From a virus (lineage: Duplodnaviria > Caudoviricetes): a stretch of DNA of 37,679 bases. The first letter of the stretch is position 1. Each line of letters begins with the position of its first letter. The stretch covers positions 1-37,679 of the IMG/VR virus record IMGVR_UViG_3300027627_000011; one strand, 5' to 3'. The notes below the pieces were generated by a model. That model saw nothing but the letters and a program-made list of their open reading frames with translations, was not told the origin of the DNA and did no database searches. The position numbers and the translations under genes were made by a program. Below are positions 7,793 to 19,738 of the stretch, one piece after another.

Positions 7793-10261
7793 TTACGCTA
7801 ACCTTGCGCCAAACTTGTACCAATATAATATTGGGGTTGAATTAATTGATTTGCTCTTTTTTATTATCGCCCTAAAAATTACAGAATTTATAGAGGCTGG
7901 AACCTCTGGTTGATTATAGTAGGCTATTTGAGGAATTGTTAAATTATCGCTTAAATTTTGATTGAAGGCAAGTATTTCTGGAATTCCATTAAATCCTCGA
8001 TCGATTGGCGATATTGCAATCCAGCTATTACCACCGTTAACACTGACATAGTAACTAATTGTTGCCGATCCACTGTCGGATTGAGGTATATATTCCGATA
8101 CCTCAAGGCTTAAAAGTTCTAGTTGACCATTTAAGAAAAATGGTTTTGATATTATTTCTGCATTATTCGAATAGACTTCTTGGCCAAGAGATATATCTCT
8201 TACTCCGATACTAGCTCTGTCGGCTTTCAGGTATTCAAAATTTCTTTTTAAATTTAGGAATACTTTTGTTGATTTTAAAATTTGTTCTGAACCTGACTCT
8301 ACAAAAAGATTTTTGCTTGATGGAATATCAATAACTTTTATGCAAATTCCATAATTTTTTTCTACGTTAACCAAAGGCAGGGTTGCGGTACTGCTGGTTT
8401 TTATCCTAAATTGATTTGGCGCATCTATTCCGACAACTTCAAAAACTCCCAAAACATCTACGCCCTCCCCCCACCTGTCTCTTATGTAAACTTTATCGCC
8501 GTTAATTAAGTTGTGATTTTTGAGAGTAGTTATTGTGGCCACGTTGGAAGAATTTGAAATCGTAGTCATAGATATTTTGAGATTATTTATTTGATTCAAT
8601 ATATTGATAGAAGGATCAATCAAAACACAAGCCACAGGAGGAAGGTTGCTGATCATTCTTTGGGTCATTTGTTCCAGATCATTTTTACTAGGGAAAAAAC
8701 TAGCCTTATCTTTTGAGCAGAAAAGATCCAATGATAAATCTACATCCCTTTTGTACCAGTAAAATGATTCTGTTCCAGAAGTAATTTTAAGTTGATGTTT
8801 TAACTGCCCGGTTTTTGTTTCATTTTGAGAAAAAGATATTTGTCTTATGTCCGAAGCTGAACTTTTAATTTCTGTTGGGTTAGCTATATTTGGGACTAAA
8901 ACATTTTTGTCCCAAGAAAAATTTAATGTAGAAGATGATGTTAGGGCAGATGGATTAAATCTATTTTGATTGTTCCATTTTTGAGATGATCCAACTTCAT
9001 ATGGCGTCCAATAGGCGTGCTTTATAAGGGTTTCCCTAAATTCTTTTTGCTCAAATGTTATGTATACTTTGTTGACTTTTTTCTCATCAAAAACAAACAC
9101 ACCTTTATTGTGAAAGAAGTTTTTATAGTTGCTTATGTTTTTTCCCGATATATCAGAAGCAATAGTTACGGGGCCAGAATTAATTAATTGATGAGTTTTA
9201 TTGCTAGCTTCATCGAATAGTTTGATTGAGGTAATTTGAATATTCTTTATATTTGCATTTTGACCCTGAATATCGTAACCAAAAAAAGGAAGTACTGATA
9301 TAGTATTAATTGTTTCTCCCGATTTTGAGGCAGAAGTTAACTCCACTGTTAATTTTAGTGGTTTGTTTTTATCAAAGCTTGCCCAATTAACATACTGTTT
9401 ACCGTCAATATATTCGAATTCATAGGTTGGCCTCTGCATTTTAAGTTGAGGGTCATTCAAGGCTAAGATACTAATTGCCTCGTACTCAAAGTAGGTTGCC
9501 GCACTGTCGTCTATCATATTACTTTCATTTGATCTTAAAAGGGGAGAATCTTTTTCGTACAAAAATTTATTATTAATGCCATCATTTTCAAAGGTGAAGT
9601 TATTTCCCCTTAATCCATTCGATGGATCCGCAAAAGATACTTCATTTAACAATGATTGATCCTTGTATGTATTAGCGAATACGTCGCCCGTCTTAGCGTA
9701 GCTCTCATTGATTACTCTTATCTTACTTCGCCATTTTTGAGATGCGGTTTTTGCTAAGCTGGCATACCCATCGGATACATCTGGTATATAACCCGGCGTT
9801 ATTTTAGAAGGTTGAGTAAAGGATAAATCGTTAAAAGAATCACCAAAATAAAAAATATTAACAGAAGAACTTTTTGAATACATTTCAAGAACATTAATTT
9901 TTGATCTTACTCTTGAAATAGCAGACTTTTCTGCTTCAATTTGATTTGCAAATAAATTAAAAGTATTGACATAATTTGCCGCCAAAGAGTCAAATTGGTT
10001 AGTAACAATATTCAAATCGCTTGTTAGGCCAGCGATAAAATTATTAAATAATTCCGAAGAAGGAACATCTCCTTGATTTAAAACACTAATGTCAAAAGTT
10101 GATCCACCTATGTTTCTGTGAATGTCAAACAAAAGTTTTTGATAAGCTTTTTCATAGTCATTGGGAGAAACATTTTTTAGATTAGAATAATCATCAATAA
10201 ATTTTTTAACCTTAGCTATTATTTGAGTATACGCTAATGTATCTGTGGATAATTGTGTCAT
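7793..10261 (-). CDS. Putative virion structural (baseplate/tail) protein, 822 aa
   Basis: Long ORF; GDVPSSELFNN plus coiled coil, IISKPF, ISYYVSVNGGNSWIAISP, C-terminal FRAII...TPILYWYK. Confidence 0.75.
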   Translation of the reverse strand: MTQLSTDTLAYTQIIAKVKKFIDDYSNLKNVSPNDYEKAYQKLLFDIHRNIGGSTFDISVLNQGDVPSSELFNNFIAGLTSDLNIVTNQFDSLAANYVNTFNLFANQIEAEKSAISRVRSKINVLEMYSKSSSVNIFYFGDSFNDLSFTQPSKITPGYIPDVSDGYASLAKTASQKWRSKIRVINESYAKTGDVFANTYKDQSLLNEVSFADPSNGLRGNNFTFENDGINNKFLYEKDSPLLRSNESNMIDDSAATYFEYEAISILALNDPQLKMQRPTYEFEYIDGKQYVNWASFDKNKPLKLTVELTSASKSGETINTISVLPFFGYDIQGQNANIKNIQITSIKLFDEASNKTHQLINSGPVTIASDISGKNISNYKNFFHNKGVFVFDEKKVNKVYITFEQKEFRETLIKHAYWTPYEVGSSQKWNNQNRFNPSALTSSSTLNFSWDKNVLVPNIANPTEIKSSASDIRQISFSQNETKTGQLKHQLKITSGTESFYWYKRDVDLSLDLFCSKDKASFFPSKNDLEQMTQRMISNLPPVACVLIDPSINILNQINNLKISMTTISNSSNVATITTLKNHNLINGDKVYIRDRWGEGVDVLGVFEVVGIDAPNQFRIKTSSTATLPLVNVEKNYGICIKVIDIPSSKNLFVESGSEQILKSTKVFLNLKRNFEYLKADRASIGVRDISLGQEVYSNNAEIISKPFFLNGQLELLSLEVSEYIPQSDSGSATISYYVSVNGGNSWIAISPIDRGFNGIPEILAFNQNLSDNLTIPQIAYYNQPEVPASINSVIFRAIIKKSKSINSTPILYWYKFGARLA

Positions 10262-10270
10262 AAATTTTCC

Positions 10271-12983
10271 TTAAGAGAGTTTCTTTTTATATTTGTTATC
10301 ATATTTTAAGAAGTTATTATCTATTGTACTGCTTTTGTCTGTAGAAAATTTAAATAATAGTCTATCTACAGAATAATTTTCTGATGTATTATTTAAGGTT
10401 CTCATAATAACCCTATATCTAAAAACTGCTGGAACATATTGGTAAACCACCCTAAATGGTTGATCAATATATTTATTGAATATGATACTATCTGCCGAAT
10501 GAATAAATAGGGTCATATCAGAAGAATAAAAAAATGGGACTTGACTACTGCTATTAATGTAGTTTGTAAGATTCAACGCAGAAGATCCGTCTTCAAAAAT
10601 AATTTTAACCGGAGAATAAGAAGAGTAGTCAAAATTGCCAAAAGAACTTTTACTGGTGGTAATCGTGCCGTTGATACTAGAGTAGACTGCGTTAACAAAT
10701 TTTTGCTGATTAATATATGGATAATTTGAAACTACCACCCTGTTATCTCTGTCGGTTTTTTCAAATCTTTCTCCATTCAATCCATTGAAAGACGCATTGG
10801 CAAGAACTGGATTGGCCATATCCTTAGAGAATAGATATATTTCCTTAAATGAATTAATGTTTATTGGCGAATATGATACAAAATATTTTTTGCTAGAATT
10901 ATAATCTAATATTGTAATATTTTTTCCTTCTACTTTATAGGTTCCAAAAGATTTTTGTTTTGAATCCTCATAAATGGCAACTGTTTCTTCAGATGGCGCA
11001 AATCTTATTGAAGCCAACCCAAAAGAATTTGCATAAAGAACTTCAGTTCTAATGGAAGAATCACCAAAAGGGATAATGGGCATCCAGTCCTCTTCTAGGG
11101 TCACGCTATCTTTTATAGAAATACTAAACTCTATTGAAGTTTTATCTTTTGACACATCACCTTCCGAATATGCAATTTCGGAAAAATATTCGGCCATCAT
11201 TTTTACTCTCATCGGCAATGACTCTAAGGGTATCTTTTTGCTTGCAAAAACAGACCTATATGACGGAGAAACAAAACCTGGAAGCGTGATGGTTGATGGA
11301 GCATATGTAGAGCTTTGTGTTGTGTGATAGCTTTCTGTAAACAAAGATATGTTTTTTATCGAAAAATTATACTCATACATTCCAGCGTCTTCTACATTAT
11401 TAAATAAATCGGCTGTATCTATGCTGCTAATATTATCAATAGAGTCTTCGGTAAAATGAAGATTGTTGGCCGATTGATTTGAGTCCGATAACGGTATAAT
11501 CCCGCCAGAAGAGAAGTTGAACACACTTTTTGTTGTATCAGTTAAATTAGACTCTATATAGGTTTTAGTAAAAGTTGATCTTAATTTTGAGCCAATAGAA
11601 AAAGATATAATTGAAAATACTATATTTGAAAGCAAACTAGTATTTTTAAACATGTTTAAATCTTCTAAGTCTGAAAAGAAATTTTTGCCTTTAAACGCCT
11701 CTATTGCTCCAACATTTAACTTTTTATATTCTGTTGGATAATAATCCGTGTAATCATAGTGATATAGTTTTTTATTTCTAATTAAATAATCTGAAGCGTA
11801 GTCTCGAATAAAGTATTTAATAACTGTATCCTGTAATTTATCATGCTCTTTTTTTCTAGAAACTCTTACAGCATTTGCTATTCTGTTAACCATTTGGGTG
11901 TTAACTTCAGATTGAATGGGGGTAATTTTAGTTCTTACGTAGTTTCTTTGCCCAAAAACTATAGTTAAACTCTTTACAAAACTTTCGGCGGGTATATCTA
12001 TGTCTACGCTGTTTTTTATTCTAATACTTTGACCTAGTAAAGTATAGCTTTGCGTAGCAGAAGTTTCTTCTGCATCTATTGTTGACTTATAATTGCCTGA
12101 ATCAACTATAATTTGTAGCAAATCTAGATCATCTTTTTTGTTTGGATTGATTCTAATTTTAGATATAAGTTTAGGATGATTGAGTTGTATTTTAATTGCT
12201 ACTTGCGCTGAAGGATTAGGATTATTCTTTAATTTAAATGAAGAAAATATTTCTTGATTAAAAATACTTTCCTTAATAACACTTCCAGATTTAACTGTCA
12301 TGTTCCATACGTGATTTGACGAAGTGTTAAATACTTTTTTAATATCTGTATCACTTGATATATCTTCTTGGCTAAAATTAGTAAAATATTCTATTTTTTG
12401 AATATCTTCAGGACCAATGTCGCTCAAAAGATTTTCATCTTTTTTTGAATACTTTAACGTATTAGAAAATGAATCTACATAAGAATATTCTGCGCTAGAA
12501 AATGGGGATCCGATTTCTATCGGGAATTACTTCAAGATCACCACTATAAATATATGAATTTAAATCGTTATCAAAATTTTCTATGTGCGAAGAATTATAC
12601 AGATCTTCTTCACCAGACAAAAAAGTCCAGTTATCTAAGTAAGATTCTAGGTAGAAAATATCTTTTTCAATTTTTTCTATTTCTCCAGAAAATATTGAAG
12701 ACATAGAAGACTTTAAAATTGCAAGAGTTCTTGAAATATCATATGTTGTTTTAATTCTTAGGTCAATATCCCTAAAGAGATCTATCATTGGCTCCCTGTC
12801 AATAGTTGACATGGAGTTAATTAAGCTGGGTAAAAAATCTGCTGCAGAAGAAAAAGATCCAATCTTACTTACCAAATTACCAATTTCTGATTTTTCTACT
12901 ATAGATTCAGAAAGAACTTGGGCTACGGTTTTTTTTGATTGTCTATTAAAAGAAGAAATATTTTCATTTAACTGAGTAATCAT
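10271..12983 (-). CDS. Putative virion structural protein, 903 aa, one +1 shift at CGG (skipped C at 12512)
   Basis: ATG 12983 with GGAGGT RBS overlapping upstream TGA; GAT AGA AAT C-GGA TCC CCA joins ORF 12495..12998 through the 12428-12494 gap into ORF 10271..12427 with no stop (DRN-G-SPFSSAEYSYVDSFSNTLKYSKKDENLLSDIGPED). Confidence 0.8.
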
Positions 12984-15900
12984 TGTGTTGACCTCCAATC
13001 ATTTCCTTCCATATCATGGATATCAAATGCTATCCCTGCAGTTAAGTTTGAGCGCACAATACTATAAACCTCATCAACGGAATTAAAGTTATTTTTTACT
13101 TCTTTTGGTATCTTAACTATAACATATCCACCCCTAGGATACAAGTAGCCTTTGCCAGAATTTAAGTCTGCAAAATCTATAATATTTGACTTAGCTTGTA
13201 ACGTTTTAGGCATATTTTCCAAAGAGCTTAAGCCTCCACCCTTAACTCTTAGGTCAGAGAAAACAACATTGTCCAAATCGAATCGACTATTGACAATAGC
13301 CAAACCCAAATAGATAGCAAATGGATTATACTTTGCTGAATTCGGATCAAAGATAGAATTATCTATTGAAAATTCTATGATACTAGATGGCGCAACATAT
13401 TCTGGCACATTGACATAGTCGCCATCTCGGGAAACTTGCACCAGAGAAGGAAGCAGATAGAAATATATTGGTCCTCCATGACCTGTTGCAAACTGGTAAA
13501 CACCAAAAAAACCTTCGTTATTACGATAGTGTTGATTGATGCTTGCTACGTAAGGATTAATAGGAATTTCTTTTTTGTTGATCGAATTTAACATTATATT
13601 TGGATTTTTAACTACATAATCTACTTTTATGTTTTTGGGATTTGTAGGGACTATTTCCCTTTCAAAGAAGATAGTTCCTGTGTGTTTATTGAATGTTCTG
13701 ATTTGTTTGTCGTCAATATTTTCCCATTCATTATTTTTATTCTTAACGAATATATCCGCCCATATTTCCATCGGGCTAGCATCGGTGTAAAGCGTATTAA
13801 TATTTGGCTTATCTAATGTATCCTGTGAAACATGGAAAGAACCATGCCTTAACTGTATTTCATTTCTTGAAACAATGATTGGATTTTCTTCTTTAATATC
13901 GTAGTAACCAGATCCAAAAATGTCGGATGATGGAATAGGTATTTTTGTCGTGTCATAAAAACATCTAAGCGTTTGTCCATAATAGTCTTTTCTCCAGTCG
14001 GCAACAGGGCTAAACTCCCTGGGCGAAAGAGTAACTTTTTTAAAAAATCTACCTCTACTTAAATTTATGAACCAATTGTCAAACTTTGAAAGATCTTTTG
14101 GTGGACTTGATATCGCAATTTTAGCTCGATCACTTACGTGCACTGAGTAGATTGGACAAAGAGATTTTGCGGGGAATTGAAACTCTTTAAGAGTTCCTGT
14201 CCTATTATCAATTCCAATAACATTATCTGTTGTTATAGCATTCCTATCGGCATCAAAAGCTATTAGCCCTATATAAATATCTCTTTTATGTCTTGTGTAA
14301 TATTGATATGAAATTTTTTTGCCCAAAAACTGTCTAGTCGCAATATTATAAAAACCCCACTGAAGACCGTCTGGAGCTGCAAGAAGTTGATTATTAGAAT
14401 CTTTCAGATTCCATTTAAGGATTGTGATGCCAAAAGATACCTCTATACTTGAGCCCGTGGAAGTGTCTTGCGGCTGTGCAAAACTTCCGTAGTCTGGCAA
14501 CCCGACAGGATTGCCCAATGCATCTGTCAGAACAACAGCACCGTCTTTGGCATTAATGGATAGTTTCTTGTTTTGTTTATATTTTAAGCCAGAAGAATCT
14601 GCGTCCGCAACAAAGAAATTAGAAACATTGTATTCCTTAGAAAATTCTCTAGACTCAATCTCTACCCCATTAGTTGTCACTACTTGGTATATCGGTTTCA
14701 TGTTATCGAGTATGCTGAACTGCGAATTTATTTCTGATTGTGTTAGATTTTTTCCTGCTGTTGGTCCACCTGTTCTATAAACGCTAGTGATAGAAGGATT
14801 AATTTCAGAAAGTCCAGTAGATTCAGAAAGAGCATTTACCACATATTCAACACCGTCACTTTCAAAAATTATTTTTTCATTATTGAATTCCCCCGACGAA
14901 TTTGGCCCTATCAACGAACTTGTAATTTGGTGATCAATATATATTTCTATAGGTTCGTTATTCTCATCAAGGATAAATTCGCCGTCATCGTCCACAACAT
15001 TTGACTTTAGGTCTAATGAGTTTAATCTTACTTCTTTGATTGTAGATCCTGGATATGCGTTTGCGTCAGAGATCGAAGATAGTTTAAAGACACCAAAGTC
15101 TCCTGAGGTAATATTGGTTTTTCCTGATATAGTTCCATATCCAGTAGCCGTAAATGATAGTTGACCCTCTTCAGACTCTTCTTCTTGTGCGCCCTTTCCT
15201 CTAACGGGTGTTTTTATTGAAAAATTAATATCCTTAATAGAAAAACCCTCTGCGTTGGGGCCATATATCGAGTTGTCAATAGTCAAAGAATTTCCGTAAA
15301 CTTCTATCATAACATATTTAATTTTTTGATTTGATGAAATAGGAATCGAATAACTTTCGTTTGGTGACAAAAGTTTATCTGATACAATCTTATGATTTGC
15401 CGACGCTTTAATTGAATTCGGATTAAACTCTGGTACCCTGTGCGTGTCCGCAGCAAGACCTTCACTGACTACAATAACCTCAAGGGCGTCACCGTTAACA
15501 ACGGTTACTGTTTCGCCTTGGCTTCCAGCTAGATCCTGAGTATACATCCAAATGTTTTTTAAACCCAAAGGCCACTCTCCAGCCTGAATGTTTATGGAAA
15601 CTATTTCTTGCGATGGCATTGGAGCTCCAGATGGAGTCAAAACACCAGGAACCTCAACAACAATGTGATCTGTTATAGCGGTAGGACCAGGAATACCCGT
15701 ATAGCTTATCCTTCTATATTCCGAAGAATTAGAGCCGTCATAAGCTTTTCCTATATCCGAGTAAACTATAGCGGCTTGTATGAATCTACCTACGCCAGCA
15801 GGTGCTTTATCTAATAGAGTTTGAAACTTTTTTGGATGATTTTTGTATAAATTTAACCAGGAAAGAGCAAGAATAGATTTGGTTTCTGAATCAACTATTG

Positions 15901-18900
15901 CATCGATAAGATTTAATTTTTTATTTGTCTGAAACTGTCTAACAGCTGCGGCCGTTTTAGCATCGTAGATGCCGTTAACGGTAATGGGAATACCGTTATT
16001 TGCCAGGGTGTATTGCACATACTGTACGTATGAGCTTGAGCTTGAGCTCGAGTTAGAACCATCGCCTGCGGGGGAACCACCGTGGATTAACTGGGGTTTG
16101 TATAACTTCTTCGATAAGCTTGGTGGCTAAAATGGGTTGCATAAAAGAATGTACAAGTAAAAAGCGATTAAAAAGTCCAGTGAATAATAATATTCCGCGT
16201 AGTTGAGTCGCTCCAAATACTACTTCCATCAACAGATCCCTTAAAACGCTTTACATCCAAAGTAACATCCCCAAAATAACTGTTGTTTACGCCCCAGAAT
16301 CTATGGGTAAGAGAAGTGCTATTTGTTGTCCACAGTTTGTGCAAAAGATCCCACCTTTCTTTGGGCTCTAAAACTTTTTCATAAGGCTGAGGTGGACCAC
16401 CAGGAATAGTTGTGGGGGGGCTAGTAGATTTCATCGTTACTTTTGTCGGGACAAGCGTTAGTAGATTGGTAAAGTACATCTCCCATTTAAAGTAGGCTTG
16501 TTCTACGGTTGATATCGAGTTCTGTTTTTCTGGATTTTGTATCCACCATAATTTTTCGTATTCCAATAATTTAGCAAAAGAAATACTATGAGCGTTAATT
16601 GAGCTATCGGTTACTCCATACTTTAAATAATCTCTTATTTCAGTTCTATTTTTTTCTATTTGGTTGGGAATGATTGGCCCAGTAAAAGAATATTCTCCTG
16701 GAACTGTTACTACTTTTGTGACCGTAGAAGATATGTATTCGGTTTGATTCGTTGTGGTACTTCCAGCACTTTGAGAACTACCAGAAGATTTGCTGCCAGA
16801 TCTACCAAGTCTATACTCGTCCCAATATTTTGTTATTGGAAGATCATTGGTGTAATGAAAGTTATTTCTTGAGTGTGATCTTTCTTTAAATTTTCTATAC
16901 AATAAGTCGGTAACAGAATAAATATTCGTAGGATACAAATAAGAATCAAAAGGTGATTCTTTATTATTGATAGCCTTTAGTGGATAATTTGCACGATCCC
17001 CTGAGTATGCCCCGTAATTAGCAACAGAAGATCCATCCGGTTCTGCCGGAACTGCTTTTTTCGTAACAACTGAAATTGGCCCAGAACTTCCATCAAGAGA
17101 AACCTCAAATTGAGTCGACCAATTAACTTCATAGTTGAATCTATTTTTTTTAATTTCAGTAATAAAAAGTTGTGTGGTAAACGCATAGTCGTAATCTCTT
17201 ACGAATTGACTTCCTGGCAAATACTCATTTGGTGTCTTAATTACTGAATTAACCTGAGAAATATAGTCAGAATAATCCAAAAATGTATAGGGATAATTTA
17301 TTGCAGAAAGGTCAAACTCTTTAGAAAAAACATTTGAATATGCATCTAGAGACAGGGAGCTATCTGAAAGTTTAGTCTTTGCTTCTGAAGAAAGCTGATA
17401 AACTCCATATGATGTTTTAACTTCCCCAAATAAATAGTCGGTAGATGTTATTCTATTAAAATTTAAAAATCCAACATTATCATTTGTACATTCTAAATAA
17501 AATTCAACGTTGCTGAAATCAGCATTGATGATTGTAGCTGAGTCAGCTTCGGTGGAAGTTGCTTCAAGGTCTTGTATTAGTAAGTCTCCAATTGAAGTGC
17601 TGATCTCCCTGCAAAATTTAGGCTTTATAAAATCCATTATGGAAACTTCGCCGTCTTTGAAATTGTTTATGTGAAAAATTAAAAGTTTTTTTCTCATCCT
17701 CTAGAAGAACTGTAACTTCTCCATCATCATTTGTTCGACCGTTGATTGTCCAAGAATTTCTCCATGGAGAAACATTCCAGATAACAACAGAATTTTCACT
17801 ATATTTTTCACGGCTATTAACTTTATTTCTATTTGTTTCGCACAAAATATTGTAGAACAATTTATTTGGACCAATCACAGACTCGCTGAGAAAAGCTGTT
17901 TGACTACCAACTGTTCCTCTAGGAAAAAGGTTATTAACTCCTTTATTTTTTCCAGAGACTGGAATTCCACTTCCGCCATAGTTGTCATTAATAAAAGTTA
18001 AAAACGGATTTAGGCAAAATACGGCAAGCGCAGAAAACTCTGCACTAGACACGTATTTATCTTTTAGAATTGCGCTGTATTTCTTTTCCCCATCCTGTAT
18101 ATAGGCTATCGATTGAGCAGAATTGTCCGCACTTTCTGGCACACCATTAAAAACTCTTATCTTATTAACTGAATTTTGGGTAAATATATTTCTTCTATCT
18201 CCGAATATTCCAAAATTTTTAATCACAGACTCGTTATACTCATCCATATCCCAGCCATTAAGAGTCTGATTGCCGTCAACATATTCGTTGACTATTTTTA
18301 TTAGTCCTGTATTATTTGTCGTTGCAGAAAGACTAAAGTCAAAATTAGAAAGACCTGAAGAAGTAAGACTGTTTTGATCTAGATTGGAACAATCTATGAA
18401 AACAGATATTCCGCTAGAAAGAAACATGTCTATGGTTCTTTTTTGGTGTTCGCTGATCGAAGAAGTAGGAGTCCAAATCAAAAAATCGTACAACAATGCG
18501 TCTGGATTAGCCTGATCTATTTGAGTTGAAACAAAATCATCTATATTAAGAGCCCAATAAGATCTTTCTGTTTTAGTCAAATTAGTAGATGCTAGAGGGT
18601 TTTCAAAAAGAAAATTTTGTTGATTCATTACCGACTCTTCAAGGTTGCCAAAGACATATGGGTTTTCTATGTTTTCTATTAACCCCGAATATAGCACTGC
18701 AACCTTTAAGATTGCCCTTTGCTCATTATCTCGAGTATCTTTGTTCTTACTAAAATTGTAGTTTATTTTTGCTAAAAGTCTCCAATTAAAATTTTGGAAT
18801 GTCCTTGGATCCTGTATGGCTTTCTTGGGCGTAATTATTTTCCACCCGTCATCATTTTTATTATTTTTTAAAAGAGTATTTTCTTTGTGCGCAAAAAGTT

Positions 18901-19736
18901 GCGTAGAATAAACTCTCCTATTATAAGAACTTGGGTCTATTACCTCAGACTCTTCAACCACATAATCGTATGTAGGCACTGTGTTTATATATTCTTTATA
19001 GTTCAAAAACTGATCGTAGGGTAATCCATCGGCATTTTTTTCATATTTATCATAAACGAGGTAGAGGCCTATAGGGTCAGGGACATCTAGCAGGACTACT
19101 ATTCTATAAAACTCAACAGAACTAGTGATAAAATCTGTTGCATACTGCTCGATATGAACCCTATATTTATTACGCCCAAATTCGTCTACATATTTATGGC
19201 CAGAAGAATCAATAACCCTAATGTTATATTGATCTGGATTTTTGACTGGTTGAGATGTTTCAACTCCCGTATATGTTGATGCGGTTCCGAGAAATTAAAG
19301 TAAAATATCTGCTAACATAAATGCTATGGGCAAAGCGTACGTGCGCATCATTGGATAGTATATACTCTTTGTTTGTAAAATTATATCCCTCTGAAGGAGA
19401 TTTAACAATATCGGTAGAATCAATAACAAGGTTGCTGATACAAACCTCTGAATTTTTTACAACAGGAGAATGCTTGACTTGATGCATTTGAGAGTTGTTG
19501 CTTAAGTACCTGAGAACGCCAAACTCGTCTGCGTACATCAGTAGATCGTCGTCTACTGCTTTTAGTTGATTAGCATTTTCTGGTACCATATTAGACATGT
19601 CTAATATAGATAGAAAGTTTTCTGGGGTAACTTCCTCGGCACTAAACCAGCCGAGATTTGCAGCATCGAGAGGCAAGAAAGGGCCCTTTTTTAAAGCAAA
19701 CTCACCGTTTGGTGTATGTTTTTTAAATTCTTGCAC
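12980..19736 (-). CDS. Giant virion protein, about 2250 aa, with peptidoglycan-binding domain; four +1 shifts at CGG (skipped C at 19289, 17653, 16197, 16082)
   Basis: GTG 19736 with GAGGA RBS; joins ORFs 19260..19736, 17618..19006, 16168..17697, an unannotated segment 16083-16196 and 12980..16018. YVQYVQYTLANNGIPITVNGIYDAKTAAAVRQFQ...IDAIVDSET resembles PG_binding_1. Confidence 0.8.
16031..16051. repeat. Short (GAGCTT)n hexamer repeat encoding a poly-Ser linker
   Basis: tgagcttgagcttgagctcga; reads SSSSSSS on minus strand in the frame reached after the 16082 shift, just before the PG-binding domain. Confidence 0.6.
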
Positions 19737-19738
19737 GC

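Noticed and set aside
7791-7823. Track starts at 7823, 12998, 28369 and 3094
   Set aside because: Downstream ATGs (7790, 12983, 28330, 3076) abut the upstream stop or have better RBS sequences and, for the first three, avoid long overlaps.
19007-19259. Apparent 253-nt intergenic gap as ncRNA or intron (also 16019-16167 and 29757-29848)
   Set aside because: Each is stop-free coding sequence in the frame(s) reached by the CGG shifts; no intron or RNA structure features seen.
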